From contig OY843592.1 of the NCBI GenBank assembly GCA_963692865.2, positions 3,520,001 to 3,584,000 of the forward strand: 64,000 nt of DNA, given 5' to 3'. This stretch comes from a bacterium. GTDB taxonomy: Bacteria; UBA8248. Position numbers and translations under genes: made by a program. Under the pieces are notes generated by a model. That model worked only from the letters and a program-made list of their open reading frames with translations, had not been told where the DNA came from and made no database searches. Every line of letters starts with the position of its first letter. Position 1 is the first letter of the stretch. Positions 43,250-54,349 of this stretch are shown here, piece by piece.

Positions 43250-43849
43250 TTATTTCCCAGAAAGCAGCTTCATCAACTCCTCTACCTGTCTTCGGGTATC
43301 GTCTATCGAACCGCGATTGTCAATCACGTGATCCGCATACTGCACCTTTTCCGAGAGCGGCATCTGCGCATCGACGCGCCTTTTGGCTTCTTCTTCGTTC
43401 ATCCCGTTTCGGCGGCGCAATCGCCCTATCTGCTGGGATTCATCACAATCAACGACCACAATCGAGTCGAATCGCTTCCAGCTTCCGGACTCAATCATGA
43501 CGGCGGCGTCTACGATCGCGACGGGCGCATTTCCCTCCAACTCGATTTCCCGCAACCGCTTGTCCTGCTCTGCAATAATTTCAGGATGCAGAATTCCTTC
43601 CAGCACTTTCTTTTTCGATGAATCGGAAAAAACGATTTCCCCGAGCCTCGCGCGGTTCAGGCTCTTTCCTTCGGTGAGCACCTCTTCGCCGAAGGCATCG
43701 ACGACCGCATCAAGGGCGCGAGACCCCGGAGCAACCACTTCACGCGCAATCACGTCCGCGTCGATGACCGGGACGCCCAGGTCCGCGAACATCCGGCTCA
43801 CCGTGGACTTGCCGCTGGCGATTCCCCCGGTCAGGCCAACCTTGCGCAC
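43250..43849 (-). CDS. coaE: Dephospho-CoA kinase
   Basis: GLTGGIASGKSTV, IDAD, LHP, AQMP, IDNRG. Confidence 0.97.
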   Translation of the reverse strand: MRKVGLTGGIASGKSTVSRMFADLGVPVIDADVIAREVVAPGSRALDAVVDAFGEEVLTEGKSLNRARLGEIVFSDSSKKKVLEGILHPEIIAEQDKRLREIELEGNAPVAIVDAAVMIESGSWKRFDSIVVVDCDESQQIGRLRRRNGMNEEEAKRRVDAQMPLSEKVQYADHVIDNRGSIDDTRRQVEELMKLLSGK

Positions 43850-43908
43850 GTCACCGCTTTCCGCTTTCGGGAAGCATCACAAGGAGACATCGGTCAAAGT
43901 CGAGAAGG

Positions 43909-44184
43909 TTAAATTCCCCGCCGCTTGGCCTCTTGCTCGTAATGCTTGTTGAAGAGTATCTCCCAGTCACGGCTTCCCTCGACCAACCTGCTGGAATACG
44001 TGCTCAAAACTCTCCGCACCTCTTCTTCAATCTCATCATCAATGATCAACTCATTGCTGATGGCGCGCAGAACGTTCATGCGCAACTCTTCGGGTTCGAC
44101 GAGAAAATCCACATCGTCGCACTCTTCCATGTCCTTGACGACCAAATTCGTCAGATGATTGATTTTCTCGCGGCTGAGCTTCAT
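43909..44184 (-). CDS. DUF507-family protein
   Basis: MKLSREKINHL...IEEEVRR.L...EGSRDWEILF pattern recalled for this family; not searched. Confidence 0.8.
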   Translation of the reverse strand: MKLSREKINHLTNLVVKDMEECDDVDFLVEPEELRMNVLRAISNELIIDDEIEEEVRRVLSTYSSRLVEGSRDWEILFNKHYEQEAKRRGI

Positions 44185-44234
44185 GGCCGCGTTCTCCTTG
44201 AAATGAATGGAAACCTAAAACCCTCGCCGCTCCG

Positions 44235-44516
44235 TCAAAGCACGAGATTTCGCTCGCGCGCCAGCTTCGTTTTCACCATCGTAAACATCCGGCTATAGTC
44301 CACGTTGCCCCTGTCCATTTCATCCTCGAAACCCCGCAGGATTTCCTTGACCTCGTCGTTGAGGCGGTCCTCCACCATCAAGTCCGCTTCGATGACGTGC
44401 GCAATTCGCGTCCTGAGCACCCCATGGTTCGAATCCTCGGATATCAATTCACGACGAATCAGCCTCTCGACGATCTTGTGGGCGATTCGCTCAATCATTT
44501 CTCTTTTCAATCTCAT
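44235..44516 (-). CDS. DUF507-family protein
   Basis: MRLKREMIERIA...EDRLNDEVKEIL...MFTMVKTKLARER pattern recalled for this family; not searched. Confidence 0.8.
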   Translation of the reverse strand: MRLKREMIERIAHKIVERLIRRELISEDSNHGVLRTRIAHVIEADLMVEDRLNDEVKEILRGFEDEMDRGNVDYSRMFTMVKTKLARERNLVL

Positions 44517-45607
44517 ACCGGACCCTCTTCAACTATTTGCAAAGCCGTGTCTCCTTCCGGTCTTTTGCGGCGGCCCTTGCGGTACTTCTTCAAGGCGGCT
44601 TCCAGATCCTGAGCAAACGCATCGCGCAATTCCGCCGGAGCCACCAACTCCGCCTCCTGACCGAAAGACATCAACCATCGTCTGAAACCCCATATATCAC
44701 TTACCCGAACCATAACATCCCGGCTCGATTTGCCCGATTTTTTCAAATGCTCCACTTCGCCGAACGCTTCTTTCATAAAGGCGACGACCGCATGAAGCGC
44801 CACGTCCTTCCCGAATCGGACCCTCACATTCAAACCATTATTCATCGCTTCGCGCAAGCACTCGGCCAGCAAAACCTTCAAATCCAACCCCAGCGGCATC
44901 TGAAAGGCCCCGCCCATGATGCGAACGCTCTCTATCCCCTCCAGATGCCAGACGGCCAAAGCGCTTTTCTCGGATTCACGCGCCAGCAGATGATAGCTCC
45001 CGCCATCGAAATGCAGGAGATAGGGGTCTATCTTCCACCAGCGTTTTCGAATTTCGCCCGCACGGGCCGCCAGGATTCGGGCGGGCTTTGCTTTCTCTAT
45101 CGCCTCGAGCAGGACGCCGCCCACCCTGCGCTGCCGCCCGTGTTCTCTGAGCGACCCCACGACCCCGGCGTAGCGCGGCTCCACCCCCTCCGCGTATGCG
45201 CGCAAAGCCGCAGGGATGTAACTCCGCAACCGCTTGAAAACGCCGCCGATGCTGTCGCTGAACGATTCCTCCCTCAAGGGGCTGCTCGGCAAATCCCGCA
45301 ACATGCGCAGGGCGTAATACAAAGACGCCCACTGAGAAGGCGAAAACGGCTTCGGAACCGAATCCACATACTCTCGCAACAGACAATACCTCACCTTCCG
45401 GCCCGCGCGTACCCTTTCCAACGGGAACCCCGCGTTCATCAAATGCGAAATATCCCTTTGAAGCGTTCGCAAACTCCACGTCCGGCCGGCGCCTTCGGCG
45501 GGCTCCTCACGCAAGAGCGCAAGGAGTTCTTCATGAGACCAGCTTTCTCCGCTCTCCAAGGCCCTCAGCAGCCGCCAGCGGCGTATGAATTGATCCTGAA
45601 GCGCCAT
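44513..45607 (-). CDS. HTH-WYL-WCX transcriptional regulator (PafB/C, YafY-like)
   Basis: N-terminal wHTH SLRTLQRDISHL..AGFP, WYL-like IDPYLL...YHLLA, WCX WLMSFGQEAELVAPAELR. Confidence 0.8.
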   Translation of the reverse strand: MALQDQFIRRWRLLRALESGESWSHEELLALLREEPAEGAGRTWSLRTLQRDISHLMNAGFPLERVRAGRKVRYCLLREYVDSVPKPFSPSQWASLYYALRMLRDLPSSPLREESFSDSIGGVFKRLRSYIPAALRAYAEGVEPRYAGVVGSLREHGRQRRVGGVLLEAIEKAKPARILAARAGEIRKRWWKIDPYLLHFDGGSYHLLARESEKSALAVWHLEGIESVRIMGGAFQMPLGLDLKVLLAECLREAMNNGLNVRVRFGKDVALHAVVAFMKEAFGEVEHLKKSGKSSRDVMVRVSDIWGFRRWLMSFGQEAELVAPAELRDAFAQDLEAALKKYRKGRRKRPEGDTALQIVEEGPV

Positions 45608-45617
45608 AGGGCGTTCC

Positions 45618-46493
45618 TTATGTCGCCACCCGGCGAGTTTTCGCCCTCTTCGACAATTCGAGCAATGTACCCAAGGGCTGCGAAAACTTCCCCAACCTAT
45701 CCCGCTTGTGCGGGATGCCGTGGCAATCGGAACCTCCCACACATAAAAGCCCGTGTTCCTCGGCCACTTTCCGGTAATGACGTTGCGCATCCGCGTCTTG
45801 GGAGGGGTGTTCCACCTCGACGCCCGCAAGTCCCGCTTCCGCCAGGGCGGGGACGATGTCGTCACACTCGCTCAACAAGGGATGGGCCAGGGTGGCGGCT
45901 CCACCGGCGTCATGAATGAGTTCGATCGCATCGAAAGGAGAAAGTATATCCAGTTGCACGTAACCAGGCGCGCTTTCTCCTATGTATTTCTCAAAAACCT
46001 CCTCGCGCGATGCGGCGAACCCCTTCTTGAGCATGTATGCGCCCAACTGCCCCCGGGTGATGCTCGGGCTGTGCGCATAAGCGGCGAAAAAATCTTTTTT
46101 GTCCACTGCCAGGCCACAGTCCTTGAGCCGCTCGATGATTTCTCCCATCCGTTTTACTCTGGCCGATTCGTGCGTTTTGATTTGCGCCGCCAAGCGGGGC
46201 GCGTCCGGCCGGATGAAATGGCCGAGAAGGTGCACGCTCCGGCCAAGATGATCGCAAGTCAGTTCGATGCCCGGAACAAACTCCACCCCCAGCCTCTTCG
46301 CCTCCGCCTCCGCGCGGGACAAGCCTGCAACCGTGTCGTGATCCGTGAGTGATAAGATGCGAATCCCGGCGCGCTTCGCCCTCCGGGCGAGCTTTTCGGG
46401 AGGCTCCATCCCATCGGACATGTTCGAATGGGTGTGAAGCTCCACGACCCTCTCATCGAGAGAGAGGTCATTGAACTGAAAGAGGCGCGTCAT
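45618..46493 (-). CDS. PHP-domain phosphoesterase (YciV/TrpH-like)
   Basis: LHTHSNMSDG, TDHD, GIE, HLLG, AHP, GGSDCHG. Confidence 0.92.
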   Translation of the reverse strand: MTRLFQFNDLSLDERVVELHTHSNMSDGMEPPEKLARRAKRAGIRILSLTDHDTVAGLSRAEAEAKRLGVEFVPGIELTCDHLGRSVHLLGHFIRPDAPRLAAQIKTHESARVKRMGEIIERLKDCGLAVDKKDFFAAYAHSPSITRGQLGAYMLKKGFAASREEVFEKYIGESAPGYVQLDILSPFDAIELIHDAGGAATLAHPLLSECDDIVPALAEAGLAGVEVEHPSQDADAQRHYRKVAEEHGLLCVGGSDCHGIPHKRDRLGKFSQPLGTLLELSKRAKTRRVAT

Positions 46494-46547
46494 GGATACG
46501 GATTCCTGGATACGGGGAAAACGCCGGCTTCCGCCCGGCTCGACGAT

Positions 46548-46622
<75 letters not shown>

Positions 46623-46632
46623 CTACATACGA

Positions 46633-46662
46633 ACGATAGGGCCATGCCGCCGAAGGTGTCAA
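46633..46662 (-). promoter_or_regulatory. Putative sigma70 promoter of tRNA-Gly
   Basis: TTGACA-18 bp-TATCGT ending 10 bp before the tRNA. Confidence 0.6.
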
Positions 46663-46702
46663 GGAAATGAAAGAGAAAATCATCCAATCGACGAACAACT
46701 CG

Positions 46703-47551
46703 TCACCGCGCCAGCGTCCACTCCCGGTTTTCGTATCGAACGCTGGATATCTCAAGCGCCCTTTTATTTTCGGCGCTCGACAACCCGCCCGGAGAAAAGC
46801 GAAAACCAAGCGCCTTCTCCAAACCCGCCTTCAAGGCGTCGGCCACCTCATCAAACGGGACTTCCTCGCCCAGCACCTCCCAAAGGCCAACAGCGTGCGC
46901 TTGGCGCGAGAGCAGGCGCTCGGCCCCTCTCGGTTTGAGGAGACTCGCGAGGCGATCCTCCGAGGAGCGAAGCAGGACGCTGCCATGCTGTAAAACGGCG
47001 CCGCCCTCGCGGCATTGCGCGCTGCCCACCATCTTTTTGCCGCCAATCGCAAGCTCCCACACCGAAGCCGTGGCGAAACAGGAACCTTGCGAGGCGTACG
47101 CGCTTCCGCTCGGGGGAGCCAGTTCGACCCGCGCGCCCAGGGCCGCCAGACCTTCGGCAAGACCCAGGCTGATTCTGCGGTAGGTCTCCTCGATTGCATC
47201 GCCCAGCAGCGCCTGCGGGCCGGTGACGGAATACGTCAATTCGCAATCGTGGAGCACCGCGCGCCCGCCGGTGAGTCTCCGGCACAGGTCGATTCCCTCA
47301 TCTTCAAGCCGTTCCAGGAAAATATCGCGCTCGGCGGCTTGGCCGCGTCCCAGGGAAATGGCCGGAGGCGACCAGGCGTAAACACGGAACGTCGGGGGCG
47401 CCTCATGAGGAGCGCGGCCTTCTCTCAGATGCGCCCGGCAATTCTCGAACAACAACTCGTCCACCGCCATGTTCCAGGCGGCGGAAGCCTCGCCCGTGTT
47501 CAGGAAGCGCGCAAGGGGGGCGTCTTTCGGCAGAATATTCGGGGGATCCAT
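46703..47551 (-). CDS. Lipoate-protein ligase/octanoyltransferase (LipM-like)
   Basis: NMAVDE, RRLTGGRAVLH, ELTYS, KMVGSAQ, QHGS; directly after gcvP. Confidence 0.88.
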   Translation of the reverse strand: MDPPNILPKDAPLARFLNTGEASAAWNMAVDELLFENCRAHLREGRAPHEAPPTFRVYAWSPPAISLGRGQAAERDIFLERLEDEGIDLCRRLTGGRAVLHDCELTYSVTGPQALLGDAIEETYRRISLGLAEGLAALGARVELAPPSGSAYASQGSCFATASVWELAIGGKKMVGSAQCREGGAVLQHGSVLLRSSEDRLASLLKPRGAERLLSRQAHAVGLWEVLGEEVPFDEVADALKAGLEKALGFRFSPGGLSSAENKRALEISSVRYENREWTLAR

Positions 47552-47553
47552 TC

Positions 47554-50442
47554 TCAGGCGTAGTTCTCAACAGGCAAACAAGAGCAGACCAGATTCCTGT
47601 CTCCATAGGGGTTGTTCACCCGCTTGACGGGCGGCCAGTACTTCGCCGCGCGCACCCAGGGAAGCGGGAAAACGGCCTTCTCGCGCGAATAGGGGTGGGT
47701 CCACTCATCGGCTGCGATGTCGGACGCCGTGTGGGGCGCGTTCTTGAGCGCGTTGTCCTCCGCGCTCATCAGCCCGTCCGCGATCTCCTGGATATCGCGC
47801 CGGATGTTGATCATGGCGTCGCAGAAGCGATCCAGTTCTTCACGCGATTCGCTCTCCGTCGGCTCTATCATCAAGGTTCCCGCCACCGGGAAGGACATCG
47901 TCGGCGCATGGAAGCCATAGTCCATCAGGCGCTTCGCAATATCCTCGTTCGTCACGCCCGAGGCTTCCTCGAGGGGCCTGACGTCGATGATGCACTCATG
48001 CGCCACCATGCCGTTCGCCCCCTTGTATAGAACCTCATAGTGGGGCTCCAGCCTCCTGGCCACGTAGTTCGCGTTCAGAATGGCCACCTGCGTCGCCTTG
48101 ACGAGTCCCTCGCCGCCCATCATGGCGATATACATCCAGGAGATGGGCAAAATCCCCGCGCTTCCCCAGGGAGCCGCGGAAATCGCGTCGACGCCCGTCT
48201 CCGGGCCGACGCCCGATACCACCGAATGCTTTGGCCGATAAGGGGATAAATGCTTCACGACGCCGATGGGGCCCATGCCGGGTCCGCCGCCGCCGTGGGG
48301 GATGCAGAACGTCTTGTGGAGGTTCATGTGGGAGACGTCGGGCCCGAATTCGCCGGGCTTGCAGATGCCGACCAGCGCATTCAGGTTCGCGCCGTCCATG
48401 TACACCTGCCCGCCGTTTTGGTGGATGACCTCGCAAATCTCCACGATGCCCTCTTCAAACACGCCGTGCGTCGAGGGATAGGTGATCATCAGCGCGGCCA
48501 GTTTTTCCGAAAATTTCTCGGCCTTCTCCCTCAGATCGGCAATGTCCACGTTTCCGTTCGAGTCGCAATCCACGACCACCACCTCGAAGCCGGCCATGAC
48601 GGCGGTCGCGGGATTCGTTCCGTGGGCCGAACTCGGAATCAGGCAGATGTTCCGGTAGCCCTCGTTCTTGCTCTCGTGGTATTTGCGGATGACCAGCAGG
48701 CCCGCGTATTCACCCTGAGCACCCGAGTTGGGCTGCATGGAAATGGAATCGAACCCCGTGCACTCGGCCAGCATGTTCTCCAGATCGTCAATGAAATCGC
48801 GGTATCCCCGCACCTGCTCCTCCGGCGCGAAGGGGTGCACGCCGCCGAATTCCGCCCAAGTAACGGGAATCATCTCCGTGGTGGCGTTCAGCTTCATGGT
48901 GCACGAACCAAGCGGAATCATCGAGCGCGTGAGCGCGATGTCTTTTTCCTGGAGACGATAGATGTAGCGCAGCATCTCGTGTTCCGCGTGGCAGGAATTG
49001 AAAACGGGATGCGTCATGTAGGGCGAGGTTCGTCTCAAGGACTCCGGAATCCTCTCCGCCGCATTCGCCTCGACTTCATCGAATGATATTCCGGCGGAAC
49101 CCTCTTGTGAGAAAACCTCCCAGAGCGCTTCTACCTCTTCTCTCCCGGTGGTCTCATCCAGGGCGATTCCGACGGTATCTTCATCGAGCGCTCTCAAGTT
49201 CATCCGCCGCGCCGCCGCATTCTCGACGATGCGGGCCGCGCCGCCCGCGCCCACGCGCACCGCCACGGTGTCGAAAAATGAATCCGCCGCCAGAGCGTAG
49301 CCCATGCGCTCCAGGCCGCCTGCCAGCGTACAGGCCAGGCGGTGCGTTCTCCGGGCGATCCTCTCGACGCCGCCGGGGCCGTGGTAGACGCCGTACATGC
49401 TCGCGATGACGGCCAGAAGCACCTGGGCCGTGCAGATGTTGCTCGTGGCGCGCTCGCGGCGTATGTGCTGCTCTCTGGTCTGCAAGGATAATCTCAGCGC
49501 GGGATTCTCGTCCGCGTCGATGGATACGCCGACGATGCGGCCCGGCATGGCGCGTTTGAACTGCTCCTTCGTGGCCAGATAGGCCGCGTGCGGCCCGCCG
49601 AAGCCGAGGGGAACGCCGAAGCGCTGCGAGTTACCCACGACGACGTCCGCCCCGAACTCGCCGGGTGGGGTCAGGAGCGCGAGAGCGAGAATGTCCGCCG
49701 CGACGACGACCAGGGCGTCGGTCTCATGCGCTTTCTCCGCAAAATCGGCGTAATCGAATATCTCCCCGTCCGTTGCGGGATACTGGAGCAAGACGCCGAA
49801 TACGTCCTCCTCCAGCGCGCCGTCCCGGTGATCGCCCACCACGACTTCGATGTCCTGCGGCTCCGCTCTCGTGCGCACCACTTCGATGGTCTGGGGGTGG
49901 CAGTCCTTCGAGACGAAGAACTTGCGCCCCTTGTTCTTGCTCACGTTCATCACCATGGTCATCGCCTCGGCGGCGGCCGTGCCCTCGTCCAGCAACGAGG
50001 CGTTGGCTATCTCCATGCCGGTGAGGTCCATGATCATGGTCTGGAAATTGAGCAGCGCCTCCATGCGGCCTTGGGAGATTTCCGGCTGATAGGGCGTGTA
50101 CGCCGTGTACCATCCCGGATTCTCCAGAATGTTGCGCAGAATGACCGTCGGCGTGTGGCAATCCGAATACCCCATGCCGAGCATGGACTTGAAAACCTGG
50201 TTTCGGGCCGCGAAAGAACCCAAATCGGCCAGAGCCTGCTGTTCTGTTCTGGGCGCGGCGAGATTCAGCTTCGTAGTAGCGATGATGGATGAAGGGATGG
50301 CTTCTTCGACCAGACCGTCGAGGGAGTCCAGGTCGAGCGCTTCGAGCATCGACGCGATGTCTTCATCGCTCGGCGCGATGTGGCGATGAATAAACTCTCC
50401 GCGATTCTCGAGTTCTTCGAGAGACAAGCGAGATTCCGTCAT
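47554..50442 (-). CDS. gcvP: Glycine dehydrogenase (single-chain P protein)
   Basis: [44 protein letters not shown]. Confidence 0.98.
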   Translation of the reverse strand: MTESRLSLEELENRGEFIHRHIAPSDEDIASMLEALDLDSLDGLVEEAIPSSIIATTKLNLAAPRTEQQALADLGSFAARNQVFKSMLGMGYSDCHTPTVILRNILENPGWYTAYTPYQPEISQGRMEALLNFQTMIMDLTGMEIANASLLDEGTAAAEAMTMVMNVSKNKGRKFFVSKDCHPQTIEVVRTRAEPQDIEVVVGDHRDGALEEDVFGVLLQYPATDGEIFDYADFAEKAHETDALVVVAADILALALLTPPGEFGADVVVGNSQRFGVPLGFGGPHAAYLATKEQFKRAMPGRIVGVSIDADENPALRLSLQTREQHIRRERATSNICTAQVLLAVIASMYGVYHGPGGVERIARRTHRLACTLAGGLERMGYALAADSFFDTVAVRVGAGGAARIVENAAARRMNLRALDEDTVGIALDETTGREEVEALWEVFSQEGSAGISFDEVEANAAERIPESLRRTSPYMTHPVFNSCHAEHEMLRYIYRLQEKDIALTRSMIPLGSCTMKLNATTEMIPVTWAEFGGVHPFAPEEQVRGYRDFIDDLENMLAECTGFDSISMQPNSGAQGEYAGLLVIRKYHESKNEGYRNICLIPSSAHGTNPATAVMAGFEVVVVDCDSNGNVDIADLREKAEKFSEKLAALMITYPSTHGVFEEGIVEICEVIHQNGGQVYMDGANLNALVGICKPGEFGPDVSHMNLHKTFCIPHGGGGPGMGPIGVVKHLSPYRPKHSVVSGVGPETGVDAISAAPWGSAGILPISWMYIAMMGGEGLVKATQVAILNANYVARRLEPHYEVLYKGANGMVAHECIIDVRPLEEASGVTNEDIAKRLMDYGFHAPTMSFPVAGTLMIEPTESESREELDRFCDAMINIRRDIQEIADGLMSAEDNALKNAPHTASDIAADEWTHPYSREKAVFPLPWVRAAKYWPPVKRVNNPYGDRNLVCSCLPVENYA

Positions 50443-50530
50443 GAATGCGCCCCTTCGGGTTATGGGGATTCAGGCGGACGCGTCATTTCCGCTCCGGCTC
50501 CCGGCGGAAGAAAATCCCCGCCGCCGCGAA

Positions 50531-50550
50531 GAAAAAAGCCCGTTCAGGCT
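50531..50550 (-). terminator. Putative intrinsic terminator after gcvH
   Basis: Minus strand AGCC-TGAACG-GGCT hairpin followed by a T-run, overlapping the gcvH stop. Confidence 0.5.
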
Positions 50551-50938
50551 AACCGCTTTCCTCCTCGGTGTACGCCCGGTACGAATCCGCTTCCAGGAGA
50601 TCGTTCAACTCCGACTCGTCCTTCATCTCCACGCGAATCATCCAGCCGTCTTCATACGGCTCCGAATTCACGAGTTCGGGCTGATCCTCGAGCGTGGTGT
50701 TCGCCTCGACGACGACGCCGGAGACCGGCGCGAAGAGGTCCGAAACCGCCTTGACGCTCTCCACAACGCCGAACGTGTTATTCGCTTCCACCTCCGCGCC
50801 GGCTTCGGGCAGTTCGACGTAGACCACGTCCCCGAGTTCTGATTGGGCGAAGTCCGTAATCCCAATGACCGCGATGTTTCCCTCTACTCTCACCCACTCG
50901 TGCTCTCTGGAATATTTGAGGCCGCTCGGTAGTTCCAT
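50549..50938 (-). CDS. gcvH: Glycine cleavage system H protein
   Basis: [18 protein letters not shown] lipoyl-Lys motif. Confidence 0.98.
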   Translation of the reverse strand: MELPSGLKYSREHEWVRVEGNIAVIGITDFAQSELGDVVYVELPEAGAEVEANNTFGVVESVKAVSDLFAPVSGVVVEANTTLEDQPELVNSEPYEDGWMIRVEMKDESELNDLLEADSYRAYTEEESG

Positions 50939-51010
50939 GCTCCTGAATGCCTCCCTCTTGGATGACGGCGGTTTCTTATGATTTGTTATGAGAAAGCGGA
51001 ATTCAATCCG

Positions 51011-52120
51011 CTAGCTTTTCCTGTAAAAAGGCGTCTTCACAATCCGCGCCCTTCTGGCCTTGCCGCGAATGTCGATTTCGAGAGCGGCGCCCTCGTCCGC
51101 GTTCGACGCAGGAACGTAGCCTATCCCGATGGCTTTGCCAAGAGAGGGGCTCATCGTCCCGCTCGTCACCTCGCCCGCCGCCTCGCCGTCGATCAGTACA
51201 GGCGCTCCATGACGAGGAATACCACGATCAACCATCTCGAATCCAACCAGTTTTCTCTTTACCCCCTCGGCCTTGAGGGCGAGCAGTCTATCCCGGCCGA
51301 TGAAATCCCCCGCCTTGTACTTCACCACCCAGCCCAGGCCCGCTTCGAGCGGATGTGTGGACTCGTCGATGTCGTTTCCATACAGGGCGTATTTCATCTC
51401 GGTGCGCAAGGTGTCCCGCGCGCCGAGGCCGCATGGCTTGAGCCCTTCGCCCCCGCCCTCGCTCATCAGCGCATCCCAGAGCGCGGGCGCATCGGCCGAT
51501 TTGCAATAGAGTTCGAAGCCGTCCTCTCCCGTATAGCCCGTGCGGGAGACCAGCACCTCACACCCCGCCACGTCTTTATACTGCGCCCCGTAATAGGGGA
51601 CGGCGGCGAGGTCTCCTCCCCCCGGAACCAGTTTCGAGAGGACGGTTTCCGCCTTGGGGCCCTGGAGGGCGAGCAGGCCCGTCCCCTCACTCACGTTTTC
51701 GAACGCACAATCCTCGGTGCGATGGGAAGCCATCCACTCCCAGTCCTTCTCAATGTTCGCCGCGTTCACGACGGCCATGTAGCGCTCCTCACCGAGACGG
51801 TAGACCGTGAGGTCGTCCACGATACCGCCCGCCTCCCGGCACATGGCCGCATAGAGAACGCCGCCCACATCAAGCCTGCGGACGTTGTTCGTCACCAACT
51901 TGTGGATGAAGGCGCCCGCCTCTCGCCCACGCGCCTCGAACTCGCCCATGTGGCTCACGTCGAACAGACCGGCCGCTTCGCGAACCGCATGGTGCTCGTC
52001 GATGACGCCCGTATACTGGACGGGCATCTCATAGCCCGCGAAGGGAACCATCTTCGCGCCCGCGGCCTTGTGGGTTTCATACAGGGAGGTTCTTCGCAAC
52101 TCCTGGTCGGCATTCGTCAT
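51011..52120 (-). CDS. gcvT: Glycine cleavage system aminomethyltransferase
   Basis: FDVSHMGE, SRTGYTGEDGFE, GLGARDTLR, VTSGT. Confidence 0.97.
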   Translation of the reverse strand: MTNADQELRRTSLYETHKAAGAKMVPFAGYEMPVQYTGVIDEHHAVREAAGLFDVSHMGEFEARGREAGAFIHKLVTNNVRRLDVGGVLYAAMCREAGGIVDDLTVYRLGEERYMAVVNAANIEKDWEWMASHRTEDCAFENVSEGTGLLALQGPKAETVLSKLVPGGGDLAAVPYYGAQYKDVAGCEVLVSRTGYTGEDGFELYCKSADAPALWDALMSEGGGEGLKPCGLGARDTLRTEMKYALYGNDIDESTHPLEAGLGWVVKYKAGDFIGRDRLLALKAEGVKRKLVGFEMVDRGIPRHGAPVLIDGEAAGEVTSGTMSPSLGKAIGIGYVPASNADEGAALEIDIRGKARRARIVKTPFYRKS

Positions 52121-52283
52121 GGCAACCTCGCTTAGCGGCTGAACTGACTGCCCTCCATGAGCCTTACCGCGTATCGAAACGAATTTCAAGAGGATTCATG
52201 CCAGTTGATTTCGAGAACAATCAGGAGCCGGCGCGAGATACCTTGCAAAATATTGAATTTCAAAGACCTGCGATGATCTCCGC

Positions 52284-53435
52284 CTACGCGAACGCGCGGA
52301 TTCCGGTTTCATAACCGGCGATGATGAGCTTCTGGATCTGGCTGGTTCCCTCGTAAATGGTCGCCACGCGGGCGTCTCGCATGTAGCGCTCCACGGGATA
52401 CTCGTTGCTGTAGCCCATGCCGCCGTGAATCTGTATGGCGTCGTTCGCGCAGCGAAGGGCCGCCTCGGTGCAGTAGTATTTGGCGATGGAAGTTTCGCGC
52501 GTGTTCGGTCGCCCTGCGTTCTTGAGTTCGCCCGCGCGGTAGAGCAGGAGCCTGCTCGCGTCGATGTCGACCACCATGCGGGCGATCATGTCCTGTACGA
52601 GCTGGTGCGCCGCGATGGGCTTGCCGAACGTGTGGCGCTCTTTCGCGTAGGCGACCGACGCTTCCAGCGAACCCTGCGCAATTCCCAGACAACCCGCCCC
52701 TACCGAATAGCGCCCGTTGTCCAGCGCGCTCATCGCGATCTTGAAGCCGTCGCCCACCTCTCCGAGAAGAGCGTCGCCGGGCGCCTCCACGTCCGCCAGG
52801 AAAAGCTCCGCCGTGTTGGAGCTCCTGAGTCCCAGCTTTCCGTGCATCGTCCGCGCCTCGAAGCCGGGCGAATCGGTTTCCACCAGAAAGGCGGCCATCT
52901 TCCGGGGGTTCTCGCGATCGGTCTGCGCGATTACGAGCGCCAGTTGCGCGACGCCCCCGTTGCTGATCCATATCTTCTGGCCGTTCAGCCTCCAGCCGCC
53001 GGCTGTCTTCTCCGCAAAGGTCTTCAGGTGCTGGGCGTCCGAGCCCACGTCCGGCTCCGTGAGGCCGAAGCACCCGATCCACTCCGCCGCACATAATTTC
53101 GGCAGATACTTTCTCTTCTGCGCCTCGCTCCCCCACTTCAGGATCGTGGTGGCGACGAGAGAGAGCTGCACCGACAAGACGGTGCGCACCGAACTGCACG
53201 CCTTGCTTATCTCCTCGTTCATGATGGCGTAGGAGATGTAGTCGAGACCCGCGCCGCCGTACTCCTCGGGAATCGGTCCGCCGAACATGCCCAACTCGCC
53301 CATCTCGGCGACGATGTCCGTAGGGTACCTCTCCTTCTCGTCGTTCTCCCGCGCCACGGGGACGATTCGACTCCGGGCGAACTCCGCCGCCGTCTCCTTG
53401 ATCAGCCGCTGGGTCTCGTTGAGTTCAAAATCCAC
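52284..53435 (-). CDS. Acyl-CoA dehydrogenase
   Basis: FGLTEP..GSD, KIWISNG, KLGLRSS, QIHGGMGY, IYEGT. Confidence 0.95.
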   Translation of the reverse strand: MDFELNETQRLIKETAAEFARSRIVPVARENDEKERYPTDIVAEMGELGMFGGPIPEEYGGAGLDYISYAIMNEEISKACSSVRTVLSVQLSLVATTILKWGSEAQKRKYLPKLCAAEWIGCFGLTEPDVGSDAQHLKTFAEKTAGGWRLNGQKIWISNGGVAQLALVIAQTDRENPRKMAAFLVETDSPGFEARTMHGKLGLRSSNTAELFLADVEAPGDALLGEVGDGFKIAMSALDNGRYSVGAGCLGIAQGSLEASVAYAKERHTFGKPIAAHQLVQDMIARMVVDIDASRLLLYRAGELKNAGRPNTRETSIAKYYCTEAALRCANDAIQIHGGMGYSNEYPVERYMRDARVATIYEGTSQIQKLIIAGYETGIRAFA

Positions 53436-53456
53436 GGTCGTCTCGGGATGTAAGGC

Positions 53457-54311
53457 TTACTCGTAGGTGAAAAAGCCGCGGCCGGACTTTCGGCCCAGGT
53501 GGCCCGCCTTGACCATCTTGCGCAGCAGGAAGTTGGGCCGGTAGCGCGTATCGCCCAGTTCGCGGTAGAGCGTCTCCGTCTTGGCGAGGTGGATGTCGAC
53601 GCCGATCAGGTCGATGAGCTCGAGCGGCCCCATGGGCAACCCTGCGCCCATCTTCATCGCCTTGTCGATGTCCTCGGCGGATGCGAGACCGCCCGCGTAG
53701 ACCTCCACCGCCTCGTTCAGCATACCCGCGAGTACGCGGCTGCCGATGCCCGCCGGGCTGTCGAAATTCGCCGTCACGGGCGTCTTGCCGAGCCGCTCGG
53801 CCAGGGCGCGGGCGGCCTCCACCGTCTCCTTGGAGGTGCCGAGGCCCGGCATGATCTCGACGAGCTTCATCACCAGCGGTGGGTTAAAAAAATGAACGCC
53901 CACCACCTTCTCGGGCCTGGAAGTCGCCGCCGCCATCTCGGTGATGGAGAGCGAGGTGGTGTTCGACGCGAAAATCGCGCGCTCGGGCGCCGCTTCATCC
54001 AGCGCGCCGAGCACCTCTTTCTTGATTTCCATGTCCTCGAAAACGGCCTCGACGACGACGTCCACGTCCGCCGCCTTCGCGTAGCCCGTCGCAGGCGTGA
54101 TGCGCGAGAAGATGGCGTCTTTATCCTCCGCGCTCATCTTTCCCTGATCGACGCGCTTCGCCGCGCGCGCTTCGAGACCCCCGATTGCCTTCGCCACCAT
54201 CTCTTCATTCAGGTCGGTCAGGACGACCGGAACCCCGTTTTGCGCGAAAAGCTGGGCGACCCCCGCGCCCATCGTTCCTGCGCCCACCACCATTGCCTTT
54301 TCTATTTCCAT
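53457..54311 (-). CDS. 3-hydroxyacyl(butyryl)-CoA dehydrogenase
   Basis: GAGTMGAG, EAVFE, SNTTS, HFFNP, PMGP, GRKSGRGF. Confidence 0.93.
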   Translation of the reverse strand: MEIEKAMVVGAGTMGAGVAQLFAQNGVPVVLTDLNEEMVAKAIGGLEARAAKRVDQGKMSAEDKDAIFSRITPATGYAKAADVDVVVEAVFEDMEIKKEVLGALDEAAPERAIFASNTTSLSITEMAAATSRPEKVVGVHFFNPPLVMKLVEIMPGLGTSKETVEAARALAERLGKTPVTANFDSPAGIGSRVLAGMLNEAVEVYAGGLASAEDIDKAMKMGAGLPMGPLELIDLIGVDIHLAKTETLYRELGDTRYRPNFLLRKMVKAGHLGRKSGRGFFTYE

Positions 54312-54349
54312 CTCACCCTCTTGCGTTCTTGAATCTTCAAATCATGCTC

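Noticed and set aside
52121-52283. Glycine riboswitch upstream of gcvT
   Set aside because: The conserved GGAGA...CCGAAG...CTCTCAGG aptamer elements were not found
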